In this document: in pieces, positions 26,794-40,432 of the stretch | How the letters are laid out: each line of letters starts with the position of its first letter | Numbering within the stretch: the stretch's first letter is position 1 | Origin: Camelus ferus | Lineage: Eukaryota | Direction: 5' to 3' | Length of the DNA stretch: 64,000 nt | NCBI RefSeq assembly: GCF_009834535.1 | Contig: NC_045697.1 | Coordinates: forward strand, 44,270,001-44,334,000 | Made by a program: the position numbers and the translations under genes | Notes under the pieces: generated by a model | The model's input: only the letters and a program-made list of their open reading frames with translations | Databases searched by the model: none | Told to the model about the DNA's origin: nothing

Positions 26794-26927
26794 GAGCTTT
26801 GCTACTCAAAGTGTGGACCAGACCAGCAGCATCAGTATCCCCTGCGAGCTTGTTAGAAATGCAGGATTCCAGCCCCACCCCGGATCCCAGGTGTTTGGGA
26901 CGTGTCGTGATTGTTTGAGAAGCAGTG
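26794..26927. mobile_element. MER5A-like hAT MITE
   Basis: tactcaaagtgtggaccagaccagcagcatcag...cttgttagaaatgcag...tttgagaagcagtg. Confidence 0.75.
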
Positions 26928-27369
26928 ACCTAGAATGTCCTTGTCATGTTTTTCACCTCCACAACTCTCAGGTCTTTCCAAAACTTACCTCTGGGAGCTG
27001 AGGTCAGCAGTCCAAGGTCCCTCTGGGTGGGAGTCCCAAGCATATGCGTTTTATGTGTAGCATATACGCTCTTGCCTTTTAGGGGGTCTGTGAGGTCCTC
27101 CCCTTTCCAACTGCACATCTGTATGAGGCAAATTTTCTCCAGAGACGTCAACCAAAGCAATATATTGCAACAGACGGAATGCAGAAGCAGATGTGTCAAT
27201 CCAGCTGCTTCTGCTATGCCAGACATTAAAGAGATCCACAATTATGTAAAATGAGGCCATTCTCCACACCAAAACTTGTTCTTTGTTTTGGAAAATAGAG
27301 TTATTTTTCATTAAAATATATCACTTATGTTAACATGGAATAGGCTTGTTATTGTTATCTTCATGAATT

Positions 27370-27560
27370 GTCTAGTATTTATCTTATAACGTTAACAAAT
27401 ACATTTATATATTTTATATGTAATATTTTATGATTTTAATATATTTAAATATTTATAATATTTAATTTATAATATTTAAACACTTATAATATTTATAATC
27501 TTAATATAGAATATTTAAAGTAATTTAACATTCTTGAGATATATTAACATTTAATATTTA
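27370..27560. repeat. AT-rich low-complexity tract built from (t)aatattt(a)-like units
   Basis: Read directly from the sequence. Confidence 0.8.
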
Positions 27561-27593
27561 CTGGAATAAGAAGACATTTCTCAGTTAGTAAAT

Positions 27594-27720
27594 TTTTTTT
27601 TAAGGTGGGGAGGTAATTAGGTTTATTTATTTCTTTTTAATGGAGATACTGGGGATCGAATCCAGGACCTCGTGCATGCTAAGCATGCACTCTACCCCTG
27701 AGCTTCACCCTCCCTCCACA
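27594..27720 (-). mobile_element. tRNA-derived SINE (vic-1-like) nested in a Charlie1-like element
   Basis: Perfect 13-bp TSD TCAGTTAGTAAAT at 27581-27593 and 27721-27733. Confidence 0.9.
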
Positions 27721-28963
27721 TCAGTTAGTAAATGTTGATAGATATAACTCGTATAAACAAAAGCTCCTTGAGGTTCTCATTAATATTTTTTTAATGTAAT
27801 AGGGTCCTGAGACCAAAGAGTTTGAGCTGCATTGTCCTAGGGCAGGCTGAGTGCCCCTCCTCAGCAAGTCTATAGAATCATGGGCTTATTGCCTTTTTTA
27901 CACTTATCATGTTATGTTAAAATGATCCACTTGTATATCTCTCTCATTAGACTGTAAGGTCCTTGAGGACTGTGTCTCTGTCCTATTCAACTCTCTATTT
28001 TTTGAGACTAAAGAACCACCTGACATCATATACTTTTGGGACTGAGGAGTGTGTTTACTTTCCAGCGTATAGAGCACACTGGACAACGTAAATGGGAACC
28101 AGCTTCGGGGGTGATGCTTTGTATTGGATGCTCTGACCCTCAGCTGCTGAAGGAAGTGATACACAGGCCCCACCACCAGCACTGGTGGCATTCCACTCCC
28201 AACCCCAAAGTCAGCAGCCTGGGACCCCACCTCCCAGGGGAGGGAGGGAAGCTCCGTGAGCTGCACATGGCCCCTTTGTGCACGGCCTCATCTCACCAAC
28301 AGTAATCTTCTCCAGTGCTCGTGGTGCCTCTGACCCTCATAGGTACAGTGAGAGGACAACAGAAACACGGATGGTGCAACAAGAGACCCAAATGGCCGTT
28401 GTCTGCTGGGACCTGACTTTGGCCAACACCAGTGTGAGAGGAGGAGGAGGGCTATGGGTCTTCCCTACAACAGAATCCCACATCAGACCAAACTACTGCA
28501 ATAAGGGACCAAAACAGCCATGCAGCACTTCTGTAAGTTTGATGAAGCCCTGCCTTTTGCCTTTTGGACAAGCCCCTTGCACGGAAGGCATGATACAATA
28601 GTACCACCTTCTTGTCGGAATCCAGCAGCAGAATTCTGTCGGTGGCCAGGCACAGGATGGAGCAAAGCCTTAGGTGATGCCACTCTGAGGAATATATGCC
28701 GCTGGGAGGCACCCGTATAGTATTTCTAGCCAATCCACCTATTTCAACCACTTATTTTACCAGTGAAAACTTATTTGCTTTATCCTAATTACGAACTCTT
28801 TAGGGCTGATTGGAGATAAAAAAATAATTGAAGCCTGTGAGAGACCTCTGGTCTAAGAACTATTAAGAGTTTGTCAAATGCTAACTAAGGATGCCTGAAG
28901 TGTGCATTCCTGATGAGGGTACTTCAGATGTTAATGGACTGCCCCTAGGGTGAAGAACAAAAC

Positions 28964-28966
<3 letters not shown>

Positions 28967-29010
<44 letters not shown>
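28967..29010. repeat. (CA)22 microsatellite
   Basis: Read directly from the sequence. Confidence 0.97.
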
Positions 29011-29012
<2 letters not shown>

Positions 29013-29670
29013 CCTCACACTGTTTATGCTGTAGTATCTTCAAGCAAATTACAGGCATTATAGCAGTATCAGGAAGTTCAAACACACACAGGGTGGTGGA
29101 AACTAAATATGCTAGTCTCACCTATCTGAAACTCAATTATCTTACCATTTCATTTAACTGGAGTAAAGCCGAGAACCTGTGAATCAACAAAGAGAACCAT
29201 CATAGGAGATGCTCAGTGCCAGATTCACCTTATTTCATGGCATCCTCTAACCTCCCAAGGGCACGTTCCCCCCTTTACCTCCAAAGAGAGATCTTTGAAT
29301 AAATGTCATACTCCCGATAATTTTGCACTTTTAGTCTCAGCCCAGGGGACCCCCTTCAGCTCTCACCCAGAACCTGCATGTTCTTCATCTGCACACACAT
29401 TGAACAAGTTCAGCTCTCTGGTTTTCAAACCCTTTGCAAATTAAGAGGGACAAGTTAGAAGGAGGCAGAGAAGCTACTGCAAGTGGGAGCACTGACAAAC
29501 AGAAGTGGCTGCTTTGTCGGCATAGCTGAAGACAAAGGAGGAATCAGCAAGATTTAATAAGTAACTAGAAGAACTCAGTTCTTGTAATGACTGAGCCATA
29601 TAATGACTCAGTGGAGACCAAGAGCTCTTCATGCCTCAGCAGACCCTGTGGGCAAAACACTGATGTTTCT

Positions 29671-29753
29671 TTTTTTTTAACTGAAGTATTATTGATTTAC
29701 AATATTGTGTTAGTTTCTGATGTACAGCAAAGTGATTCAGTTATATGTGTGTG

Positions 29754-29788
<35 letters not shown>

Positions 29789-30027
29789 ATGTATATATAT
29801 AACTTTTTCGTATTATTTTCCATTATGGTTTATTACAGGATGTTGAATATAGTTCCCTGTGCTACACAGTAGGACCTTGTTGTTTATTTATTTTGTATAT
29901 GGTTGCTTGCAGCTGTTAATCCCAAACTCCTAGTTTATCTCTCCCTCAACCTCTTTCCCCTTTGGTAACCGTAAGTTTGTCTTCTATGTCTGTGAATCTG
30001 TTTCTGTGTCATGAATAAGTTCATTCG
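29671..30027 (-). mobile_element. 5'-truncated L1 3' UTR with internal (TG/TA)n
   Basis: TSD AAAACACTG(A/G)TGTTTCT at 29654 and 30028. Confidence 0.88.
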
Positions 30028-31312
30028 AAAACACTGGTGTTTCTAAAGCTCACCCTCGTTGTGCTGGATACCTGTTAGGCTCCACTGCAGACTGTCTGGA
30101 CCTCCTCTGTCCTGGGGCTTCTGGCAGTTCTCTTCACTCCAGCTGGTGTTGGGCAGGTTCCCCCGACAGTGCCTGCACTGTATGTGCCTCCTGCCTTCCC
30201 GTGTCTCTGTTGGTGCTACAGCCCATGACACTCTCAACACCCATGTTCACAATCCAGAAGTTTGTGTGTGGTGGGGTGGGGTGCGGGCAATGCAGGGAGG
30301 AGCTGGTAGATGCACTATTCCCTCTCCGCCTCTCAGAGGGGATGTTCTGAGGCTCCATCATCCATGTGCCCTTTTGGAAGATGGACCCACCAGGCTGAGG
30401 TATCAAGCAGGGGCCAATTCAGGAACACACTGTCCTATGGGCTCCCCCAACTTACCTGCCCCCACACATTCTGTTTCCCTGGGACTGAGCCCCCTTTATA
30501 AAAGAACAGCATATAAGCTTTTGCCAGAAGCCCTGCCTTTTGAGAAACCAAGGCTAAGACACTCATTACCATCATGGAAGGTCAAGTGACTTTCATAAAC
30601 GCTGATTTAGAAGGCACAAAGATAGGTAATGATTTCCACATACCCTTTAAAAGACAGTTGGAGTAATTGAACATTGTACCCTCAGCTAGCAGGAAAACGC
30701 AGCCCTCTAAGATGGTTATCTTCTTGAGTCTTCACATCACAGTTGTACTGAAGGGATGCTGAAAAATGCAGCAAGCACAGATGAAAGGCACGTTTCTCAG
30801 TGTAGGCTTTCTGAAGGAAATCTGTCCTGAGCTGAGTTTTGAAGGCCTGGGGAGCTTTGGAAGGGCCATGCAGCTTGAATGTAGGAATGGAAACTATGGG
30901 CTAGAAAGCATGTGTTGCGCACAAGGGCCGTGCCTCTCACACGCGAAACGAAGAAACCACGTTACGTCAGCTTATTTATTTTTGCCCTCAACAAGGAAAA
31001 CGGTCAGCCGACCTAATCAGTTCGGCTTCAGCAGCTGATATTGATCATGAAAATGGCCAAAATGACTCCATTGGCTTCTTTCCTGCACAGAGACTGGCTG
31101 CTGGTGAGTAGCTCATCATTGATAGAGTTTTGGTGTTAAACTTGCTCCCTTGGGTCAGAGGGGAGGGTTGTATTTTGTCAGTTGGTGACTGTCCTTTCAG
31201 CACAAGATCCACTTGTGAGTGCACATGCACGCACACGCACACGCACACACTCACACTGCTATCTACTGTTACTGTAATTCTTTAAAAATTTTTAATGCCA
31301 AAAAAAAAAGTC

Positions 31313-31452
31313 GGGGGGGTAAGCTCAGTGGTAGAGTGTGTGCTTAGCATGCCCAGGGGCCTGGGTTCAATCCCCAGTACCTCCATTTAAAATAAATAAA
31401 TAACTAAACCTAATTACTTCCCCCCCCCTGCCAAAAATTAGAAAGAAAAAAA
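31313..31452 (+). mobile_element. tRNA-derived SINE (vic-1-like)
   Basis: agctcagtggtagag...gggttcaatccccagtacctcc plus the family tail. Confidence 0.88.
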
Positions 31453-34400
31453 GATTTTTTAACAAAAAACTTGAGAAGTTGGGAGGACAGTCTCATTTTA
31501 AAGGAACACTCTTTAAACTAAATTAAATTTTTCTTAAATCTTAAGCCAGATCCTAAAGCAAACAAAGAAAATCAAAGGTAAACAAAATCGACAACATCGA
31601 AGAAAAAAAGTCGTTACCTTGATAATGTGCTGGGCTTTCATTCCTTTGGGAATTGAACGTCTGAGAATTTAATGAAAACCAAGGACTTTGAAGCCCCAGG
31701 AAAATGGGCATAAATGAAAGAGTTTGCGTACGATTTCACGGGTCCCAGACTAGGAAAAGTGGTTATGTTTTCTCCTGGGATGCTCAGCTGATCTTGGATC
31801 GCAAGAGGGAATGTGGAACGCAGTTTTAAAGGTGCAAGAAAGTGGACGTGCAGTAACTTCGTTGACAAGATTATGCTGTAAATGATTCCAACTGTTCATT
31901 TTGGTCGTCCCATTCTGCATACCATCAGGAGTTAGTCTGTTGTTCCACTAACTTACTGGGAACAACTAATAACCAATCAGGAAGAGAGGGAGAGGACTGG
32001 GCGGGAGGAAGGACAGAGACAAAGAATCCTCGAGAGAGACCCCGAATGACATCCTGTCTAATCAACCGAGATCTTTCGAGAAGACTAGAGAAGCTCTAAA
32101 CATCAAACAACGACCAGGGTGAACTGACCTAATTACTTTTGCGAAAGACGGAGGGGTGCTCATCGTCACATCCTTCAGTGCGAGTCAACAGTTCAGCTAC
32201 TCACTGGGCACCTGCTGTGCTAACCAGCATTTTGTGTTCAAGGAACTGTGAATGATGTGAATTAGATCAAGACAAATCCTGCTCTCAAAGACCTTGCCCT
32301 GTGCTAATTAGGATGGAATCAAAGCTTTGAAAAAGGAAAAAGTCCTTTTAACCTTCCTTACGTAGTCTTAGGAATCAATATGCCCAAGCATTTTTCTTTA
32401 AGCACTTCATCGTTAATGAGGTAGGAATAACACTGTTTTGTGTTGAAATTCCAAAATGGTTGTATTTATCTTTTGAACTGCTGCTTAGTGAATTAATGCA
32501 AGCTGTTTGCACAAAGACAAATTCAATTCAAGTAGATGGATGCAACTAACCTCCACATTCAGACCTCAAAAGTAAATAAAGCTGAAGTTGGAGAGACAAT
32601 AAAAATGGCTTTTTCCCGTGGCATTGCAAGTTTCCAAAGGAGGTGCTTTTCCAGAGCAGCAGTTTGACATCTCCGGTTCCTCTGTGGAAGAAATTATCCA
32701 GAAGATGAGGATTATGCATCTAGATAGTCTAATTAACGATTTCCTTCTACGGGAATGCTTATCATGAAGTAGCGCACGGGAAGTGATGTCAAGACATTTG
32801 AGGGTCAAAGGCAAATCTGAAGTGATTAAGATTTTCAGAAAATACTTCAAATGCAGCAGTCATGAACACTATCACTTACATGAGGCACTGGAGGGGCAGA
32901 ACCAAGGGCACAGCGGCGAAGCCCATTTTCAACTTAAACAATTCAGAGAGTCTGGAAGATTTTCTAAAAAATTCCAAAAAGCTACCCCATCAGTGGGCTT
33001 CCATCTTCAGATGTGCATCCAAATGAATCACAGATACCACCTCCTAGTAGGGCGAAATCCAAGGGGATGAAGGAAGAAGGAGAGAACGTTCCCTGCATTG
33101 ACAAACTGCCTGGGCGTATCATCTGTCCTCCAAACAAATGTCTCTGGTAAGCGCCCAGATGATTTTCTCGGTCCCTTACAAGATGCAAAAATTGTAGGAA
33201 AGATGAATTTCTGGCTAGGCTGTAAGTGAAATCACAAAACCAAACATGTTTAATCAAGATGCCAGTGACAGCTCATCGCTCCTCATTACGATACATTTGT
33301 GGGCTATAATTTCTCTCTCACCCATTGTGTTTGCTTCTTGGCACATCTCCTCGGGCTGGCCCTGCTTGGAAGTTGGCAGCTCATTTCCCTTTCCTTCATG
33401 CTCCAACAGATTTCACTCCCGAGGTCTTACACACCATGGCTCTGGACCGCTGAGCTTCAGGTTAGTCAAGCAACAGGAAATGCTCGCAGACAGAGAATAG
33501 CAATTTCCTTTTCGTCTAAGGAAAAATGAGACTTTTAAGATGCTTATCACACCCAGGTTTGAAAAAAAAAAAAGAAAGAAAGAAATCCCCAATCCTTTCT
33601 TCCACATAGAACAAACTTTTGGTGTCAAGGCTTTATCGTGATCCAGTGTTTTGGAATAAGGATAGTCTTCAACGCGTTGAAAGGCAGTATTTGTGTCCTC
33701 TAACCAAAGCGTACTTGGATGGGGGCATTGTGGCGTGATGCCATTTGATAGTGTGAAACTGGACTTCTTATCTTAAGCCAGATGTGGAAAACCATCGTCC
33801 CACTGTGGTATCAGTGTCAGGAGGAATTGTGACATGGGAATTGGAAGGTTCCTAGCATCCGTTGTGGGTCTGTTCTGATACGCTGTCACTTTAAAGCTCT
33901 AGGAAGCTGCTCCAGAGTTTCCTGTAAGGTGAGCTTGGGTGCTTTGGCTTTTGTGGTTTTGGCTCAAATATGTGGGTCTCTGGTTTCAAATCTGTAAAAG
34001 AGGGCAGCTCTTCCTTGGGTCGTCCTTGGGTTCATACCACCCCCTCTCTAATCTTTACCCCTTTCTCCTTTCTTTCTCCTTTGATGATTTTAGGAAGCTT
34101 CTCCTATCTCTTCCTATCAGATAACTCCCATCTGAGTTAAAGAAAGAGAGAGGAAGCCACTCATATTTCACACCCAGACCAAACCTGTTAGACTGGCTGT
34201 TCATCGTAAATACTGTCAAAATTTACCATATTTGGCAGCTCAAAGGATGACCTAGAAGCTCATGCTCAGAAATCATTCATTTAAGCTAGTGGGAAGAAGC
34301 CTCCTGGGGAAACCTGCTGGAAGCTGGGGTTTGGGTTCCGAGGAGCACGGATTTCTTTCACTGGGTTGTTGGCTCTATTTACACAGTCCTGCGCTGGCAC

Positions 34401-35559
34401 CAACCCAAGAGATATCCTGGAGAACCTGAAAGCAGGCTGAACATTTATTGTGCTGTTTGTGTCGTTTGCTGGAAACCTGGGCATTTTAGCTCTCATACTC
34501 AGTGCCCTACTCAAGTCACTGTAGCGTTTTTATTTACCTGAGAAGCTGAGAACTCATCGCTTATTAACCCGAATACCATTCATTGAATCGTTGCAGAAAT
34601 ATTTCACAGTGCCTGCTGTATGCAAGCCTCTGGCTTTCCACTGGACCCTGCAGGCCCAGCAGTATATCCACGTGGCGAGACAGGTTACCCTGAAGCTGCC
34701 ACTGGAATGGACATTACATTGTAGAGAGTTTACTGGAGAGGGTCATTGGGGGGTCAACATCTGTGGAAGAAGGGACAGAAATAGGACTGAGCAAGGCGAG
34801 AAGGAGAGGCTTTAAAAATATCAGTGCCAGACCAGAAATTCTGATTCAGTTGGATTCAGTTGGATTCAGTTGTTCTGCAGTGGGTTTCCAACATCAGTCA
34901 CATTAAAATGTTTGCCCAACTGATTGTAACGTGCAGTTAAGGTTGAGACCACTGATCTAGCAGGTGAGACTGCCCTCTAGGCCAGCGATGTGAGTGCTGA
35001 GAGCTGAGAAGTATAATATGCTTCCGGATCAGTGTGCTGGACACCATATCTGGTCCAAGGGGATGAAGGAAATCCCCCAAGAAGGAGAGACGCTTAGACT
35101 GATACTTGAAAAAGTCAAGTCAGCCAGGCAGGGGAAAAAGGGTCATAGACACGGGGGCCAGAGAGAAGGTGGTGCCCAAGGAAAGGGAAGAAGTCCAGGC
35201 TAGCTTGAGTGTACGAAGTGTTTATTTCTGAGCTTGAGGAGACAGTACTTTTACTCAAATATGTGCAAATCATGGGGGCAATGGCTAGATTACACACTCC
35301 AACCCGGTTTACCTCTCCCCTGTGACCTGCTCTTGGTAAGTTGAGTTAGTTGCAGGTTATGCACAGAAGGAGCAGAGACTTGAGTTTAAGAACTGAGTTT
35401 AAGCCTGCCTATTCTCTTTATAACCAGTGGGCCTTGGAGAAATTCCACGACCCCTCTGGACCTCTGTAAATGTCTTATGGTGGTAAGGTTATGAAAAGTA
35501 TCTCATAAAGCTAATGTGGAACTCAAATTAGAAAATATATGTATGTAAGTAGCATGCAT

Positions 35560-36650
35560 TAATACGCTGATGTGCTCCAAATTTCTACTTCCATCAAAAC
35601 ATCTCTCTAGAGCACCTCGGAACTCCAGACGTGTCTGTGGAGCTGCCTGTTTGACATCTCCCCTTGAATGTCTAATGGGCATCTCCTATTTGGTATGTCC
35701 AAGACTGAGCTCCTCATATGCTGTTTGAAAGTGGCTCCCCTCCGTTCTTCCCCACATCAGCTAATGGCATCTCCATCGTTGGTGTCATCCTTGACCCCTT
35801 TCTCTCCAACATCCTGTCCATTAACAAGTCCTGTCACTCTACTTTCAAAATATATCCAGAATTTGACTGTTTCTCACACCCGGCCCCACTATCCTGGCTC
35901 AAGCCAACGCCCTCTCTTGCCGAGGCTTTGTGACAGCCTCCTAACTACCCTCCTTGTTCTGCACTCCCCGGCAGTCCATTCTCAACACCGCACTCAGAGT
36001 GATCCTGCTAAGATAATAAGTCAGGTCACACCACTACTTTGATCAAAACCTGCTCCAGCTCCATCTCACTCAGAGCAGAGGATGAAACCCTTATGACGAC
36101 CTGCAAGACCTTCCATGACCTGGTCCACCATTGTTCTCTTCTCTCCTGCAGTTCTCCCCTTTCTTCATCTGTTTCAGCCCCTACTCGCCTGCTCTTCCCT
36201 GAACATGCCAAGAACGCTCCTGCCTCAGGGCCCTTGTGCTTGTGGTTTCCTCTGCCTGGAATCCTCTTCCTTATTTAGCCATATGGCTAACTTCTCACTT
36301 CCTTCAAGTCTTTACTCAAAAGCTATCATGTCAGAAAATCCTTCCCTTGACTTCTTGTCTGAAATGTCAGCACCTGCCCTTGAGGTCACATTCTCCTTCT
36401 TTGCTTGATTCTTTCCCATAGTATTTGCCCCTAGCATGCTCTATATTTTATTTATATTGTTTTCTTCCCTACCAGAATATACATACATATGTATAAAAAT
36501 AGGTGTATGTAATATATTGATATTTATAAAATCTCCCTACCAATATACCCTTGTTCTCCAAGGGCAGGGATTCCTGTCTGTCTCTTTTGTTCACTTTAAT
36601 CTTCAGTGCTAGGACGGTACCTGGCATATAGCAGGCACTCAGTAAATTTG
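35560..36650 (+). mobile_element. L2a-like LINE 3' region
   Basis: gacatctccccttgaatgtctaatgggcatctc, ctactttcaaaatatatccagaat, and a 3' end cctggcatatagcaggcactcagtaaat. Confidence 0.8.
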
Positions 36651-37889
36651 TTAGGATTGCATTTTACAGAAGAGAAACATGTGTGATTAAATAATTAAGT
36701 TCACACAGCAAGAAAGTGGCAGAGCTGGGTAGTTAACTGTTCTATGATGCTTTACAACACAAAAAGCCCACTTAGTGAAAAGAGCAGTATCAGTGGCCCC
36801 TGTTCGGCCTTCCTCCCTACCACCAGCCAAAGAAAGAAAATCTTTCACAGAGGAAGGATCAGGGGCTGGAGGCTTCGTGGAGTTGCCCTGTGGAGCCCTG
36901 GCTGGGGCATTCAGATTTGAGTGTCCATTATTAAGCAAGGAAGCTGCGAACCATCTCAGCACTTGCTCTGAGACAAGAAGGCCAGTGACTGTAATTCCGT
37001 GAGGCCCAGGAGGAAGGGGTACTCGGCTGCATGGGAAGATATGCTGAGTCTGTTTGAAATGATTTTACAGCATCAAGCCCCGTCTCACCGGCAATCCCAC
37101 CTAGACTCACTGTGCCCCCTAAAAATTCCTTCGTCTTTCATCGGTTCCACTAAATGCACAAAGAGGAATCCTAGCAGAATACAGGAAGAGCAGAGTCAGA
37201 GCACAGCCCTATGGTTAGATCTGCTGAAGCTTTGTTGGAAGGAGGGCAGTGATTTTTAAAGAGCATCTTTTTCTGAGGAGGAGGAAAGTTGGCGGGATGG
37301 TGGTTGTGCTAGGAGGTGAAGCCAGGCCTTTTTTCTCCTCCCACTTGGGAAGCCACATGGCGGGTGCTCTCCCTCCACAGGGTCCCAGCCCCGTCCAGGA
37401 AGTGTAGCTCTTGGAACGGGAGTCCAGGCAGGCAGGTGGCTTCCCTGAAGAGTTCAGAGCGGGGAGGCAGGAGCAGGGCGTGCTGGAAGGTGAGTCCAGC
37501 AGGCAGCAGTCAAACCAGAGGAGGCAGATTCTACAGGGTCGAGGCAGAGCAAAGAGAGCAAGGGCGTGGCCCACCGAGGGAGAACCACCACCCCTCTGAG
37601 CCACGGGGTCCTCATGGCCAGAGTGTGTCCAACTCGAATCTGTGCTAGACTTAGCCCAGCGGCCAGCACAGAACTGGCCCCCAATCCATGTGTTTTGTCT
37701 CCTTTCCAAGGGCAAAATTAGGGGCCCAGACAGTGGCTCAGAACAGCACTAGGAGAGGCTCTTTCCAAAGGTACCGGATTGTAACCCAGAGAGGGGAGGA
37801 AAGGAAGGAGCATCTTACATGTTACGTTGTAGAACGCCTCTGTGGGCAGCGTTCAGCTGCTTCCTTTCCTCCAGAGGTACACACGAGGA

Positions 37890-38215
37890 GCAGCCACAGC
37901 AGACCCTGGGCTCTTCACATCCCCCCATTCAGCTGATGCTCCCACCCTTAGCTGCTCTCCTTTCCGGGGGTTGCCCTTGTCATCAAGGAACTGCCCCGCC
38001 CAAGGGTTCACCTCACCCAGGGGCCCCCTGGGGCCAATGGCTGGATGATGCGGGGATGCCTTTCAGTTGGGGGCAACTCTGCAGGGTCATCCAGCCCCAC
38101 TGGACCTGCAGAAGTTCACTGTGGGTAAGCTTCTCCCATGGCCGATCCTGCCTCCCTCTCTCCCTCCCTTCCAAGCATCTCTTAAGAGCACGCTCCAAAA
38201 GCCTTTTGCACAGGA
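37890..38215. mobile_element. LTR16-like ERVL LTR
   Basis: gggccaatggctggatgatgcgggg and gggcaactctgcagggtcatccagcccc resemble recalled LTR16 motifs. Confidence 0.5.
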
Positions 38216-38479
38216 CTCTGGGGAGCCCAGCCTCAGCCCACCAGCCCCTCATTGTCTGTTGTCTTTGCCCCTCCAACCACAGCCCACTCGTCTGACCTCC
38301 CAGGCACCCTCTTTCCACTAAAATGCAGTCATCTTATATTGCTAATGACTGGAAAATGGGTGCTGATGGGTTAACATGTTGCCTAATAAAAATGGCTCTA
38401 AGTTATATGGGAACCGACACATAAGTTCAGGTAGCAGTGTGCAGAACACACATACATGGTTTTATTGAAAACAGAAGAG

Positions 38480-38680
38480 CCTAATATCGTCTGACATGAT
38501 TCTGCCAGGATTTGAATCTTGGTCCTATTACTTATTAGTCTTGTGACCTTGGCCAGCTACATAACATTTCTGTGGCTCAATTTCCCCATCTGTAAAATGG
38601 GGATAGTAATGGTCCCTTCTTTCCAGAGTTGTTAGAATTAAATGAGTCAGTATGTGGAATAGCCTTGTATACAGTTAGTT
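38480..38680 (+). mobile_element. MIR
   Basis: tgtgaccttggcc...ctcaatttccccatctgtaaaatggggatagtaat. Confidence 0.75.
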
Positions 38681-38717
38681 ATCAGCATCTGATCCTCCCA
38701 AGAGCTGCATGAAGTAT

Positions 38718-39212
38718 TGTAACTACTACCTGTGTTGGACACCTCTCGTGCCCGCCTCACCTTCCTGGCCCACCTTTTCACTCCAGCTGTTGCTGCAGCC
38801 ACCTGCTGGAACAGGTGTAACCCAACGGCACCTTGCTCAGGTTTACTGCTTTTTTCTTACTTCCTGCCCTGGCTTCTTTGCCACCATCACCTGGGAAGCC
38901 TGTGGACCACACTCAGCCACTCTGATCCAGGCAAACTTGGAAGAGAGAGGGATAGCCCACATGCATCCCTTGTAAGGGCACGTTGGCGCCAATGGAAAAA
39001 CGGTCCTTCCTTTCACTCCTGGAGAGAATAATTCTGAGGGATGCAGCGTCTCATCAAGGCCCACGTCCAGCTGCCTGCAGCAGTGGGGTTTCCCTCTGTT
39101 TCCTTCTTCCTGGTTGTTCCCACCTGTTACTCGAGCTCACGTCCCCAAATCAACTACCCACATACAAGCCCTGGCAGTGTGCTCTGCTCCGGGGAACCTT
39201 CTAACCATGCAC
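38718..39212 (+). mobile_element. LTR16-like ERVL LTR
   Basis: Begins TGTA and ends caactacccacatacaagccctgg...ctctgctccggggaacc...CA. Confidence 0.55.
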
Positions 39213-39659
39213 AAAAGGAGCGTGAAAGAACAAAAGAGGCTTGTTCTGCATCCAGAAGAAGATCTGGACTCAAGTCAGAGTCTCCCACCTCCTGAATCTC
39301 GTTTCCTCACGCGGTGCCACCTCCTGGCTTCTACGTGTGCATCTTCACAGAGGCCTCCCGGGAGCTCGGTCAGCTGACGGGAGACCAAGGAGGAAACAGC
39401 GATGCACAGGCAGCTTCGGACATTGTCATTTCACAGCCCCTTGCTTGTCCCTGCTTACAGCTGGTCCTGCACAGCCAGAGGGTGGCGAACAGTGGTTCCA
39501 CCTGCCAGAGCCTGCAACACGGTCAAATTTGTCTTTGTATCATGAGCACTCCCATTCACTGGATACATGGGTCTAGAAACCAAGCTATTTCTTTTTATTT
39601 TTATCTATTTATTTATTTTTGTTATGGGAACTGAATTTGGAAAATTTGCTATTTTTAAA

Positions 39660-39865
39660 ATTTTATTATTTTTTAATTGAAGCATAGTCGGTTTACAATG
39701 TTGTGTTAATATCTGGTGTACAGCATGGTGATTCCACTATACACACATATATATATTGAATATAGTTCCCTGTGCTGGACAGTAAGACCTTGTTGTTCAT
39801 CTAGTTTACGCATGGTAGTTAGTATCTGCAAACCCCAAAATCCTAATACATCCCTCCGCCCCCTG
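39660..39865 (-). mobile_element. Short L1 3' end
   Basis: ttttaattgaagcatagtcggtttacaatgttgtgtta...atagttccctgtgct. Confidence 0.75.
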
Positions 39866-40432
39866 ATGGCTTCTTCTTAATGATGCATTTTTATGTGGCT
39901 GTGCCTGTTCCTACACTTATTGTTTATTTTTATGCTGATTTGGAATGTAATCTCGGATGGACAGAGAATTTTAGGGAAGGGGTCGTTTACCTTTTTAGCA
40001 AGCTAAGTTAGTCCAGAATCACGTGCCTGAAAATTATTCAAGAAATACTGGATATTTCTTGAAATTATTACAAAAAACCTGATTGTCAGGTTGACGGACT
40101 GATGGAAGGAATAGCTAGGAGCTATCAAACTGTGGCTTGTAGGACAAATGTGGCTCTAAGATGCACGGGTTTCACCAGCACACTACTGATTATTTTATAT
40201 TGAAATTTCCCTGAAGCATGCTGCAGGTCTCACAACTTCCTACAGCTTTCTACCTGTCCTAATTCTGCAATTTGTGTTACCTGTCTAGCTCTTGCAGGTG
40301 TACGGGTTTGTGACAGGGTACAAGAGTTGAAGGAGTTGACTGGCACCATTCCTGGCTTTCCCTGTAGCTTGCCCACCCATCCCCGCCACCATCAACAGGT
40401 GCCCAGTGACAGCTTGACATCCTGCCTTCCAG

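Larger units (their letters stand above)
27000..27832 (+). mobile_element. Charlie1-like hAT deletion derivative with a transposase C-terminal remnant
   Basis: Degenerate peptides PFPTAHLYEA and MPDIKEI resemble the hAT dimerisation region. 3' end gggtcctgagaccaaagagtttgag. Contains an AT-rich expansion and a SINE. Confidence 0.7.

Noticed and set aside
30059..30589. 176-aa ORF, and a similar 176-aa ORF at 54842-55372
   Set aside because: No family resemblance. The second lies largely within an LTR16-like element.
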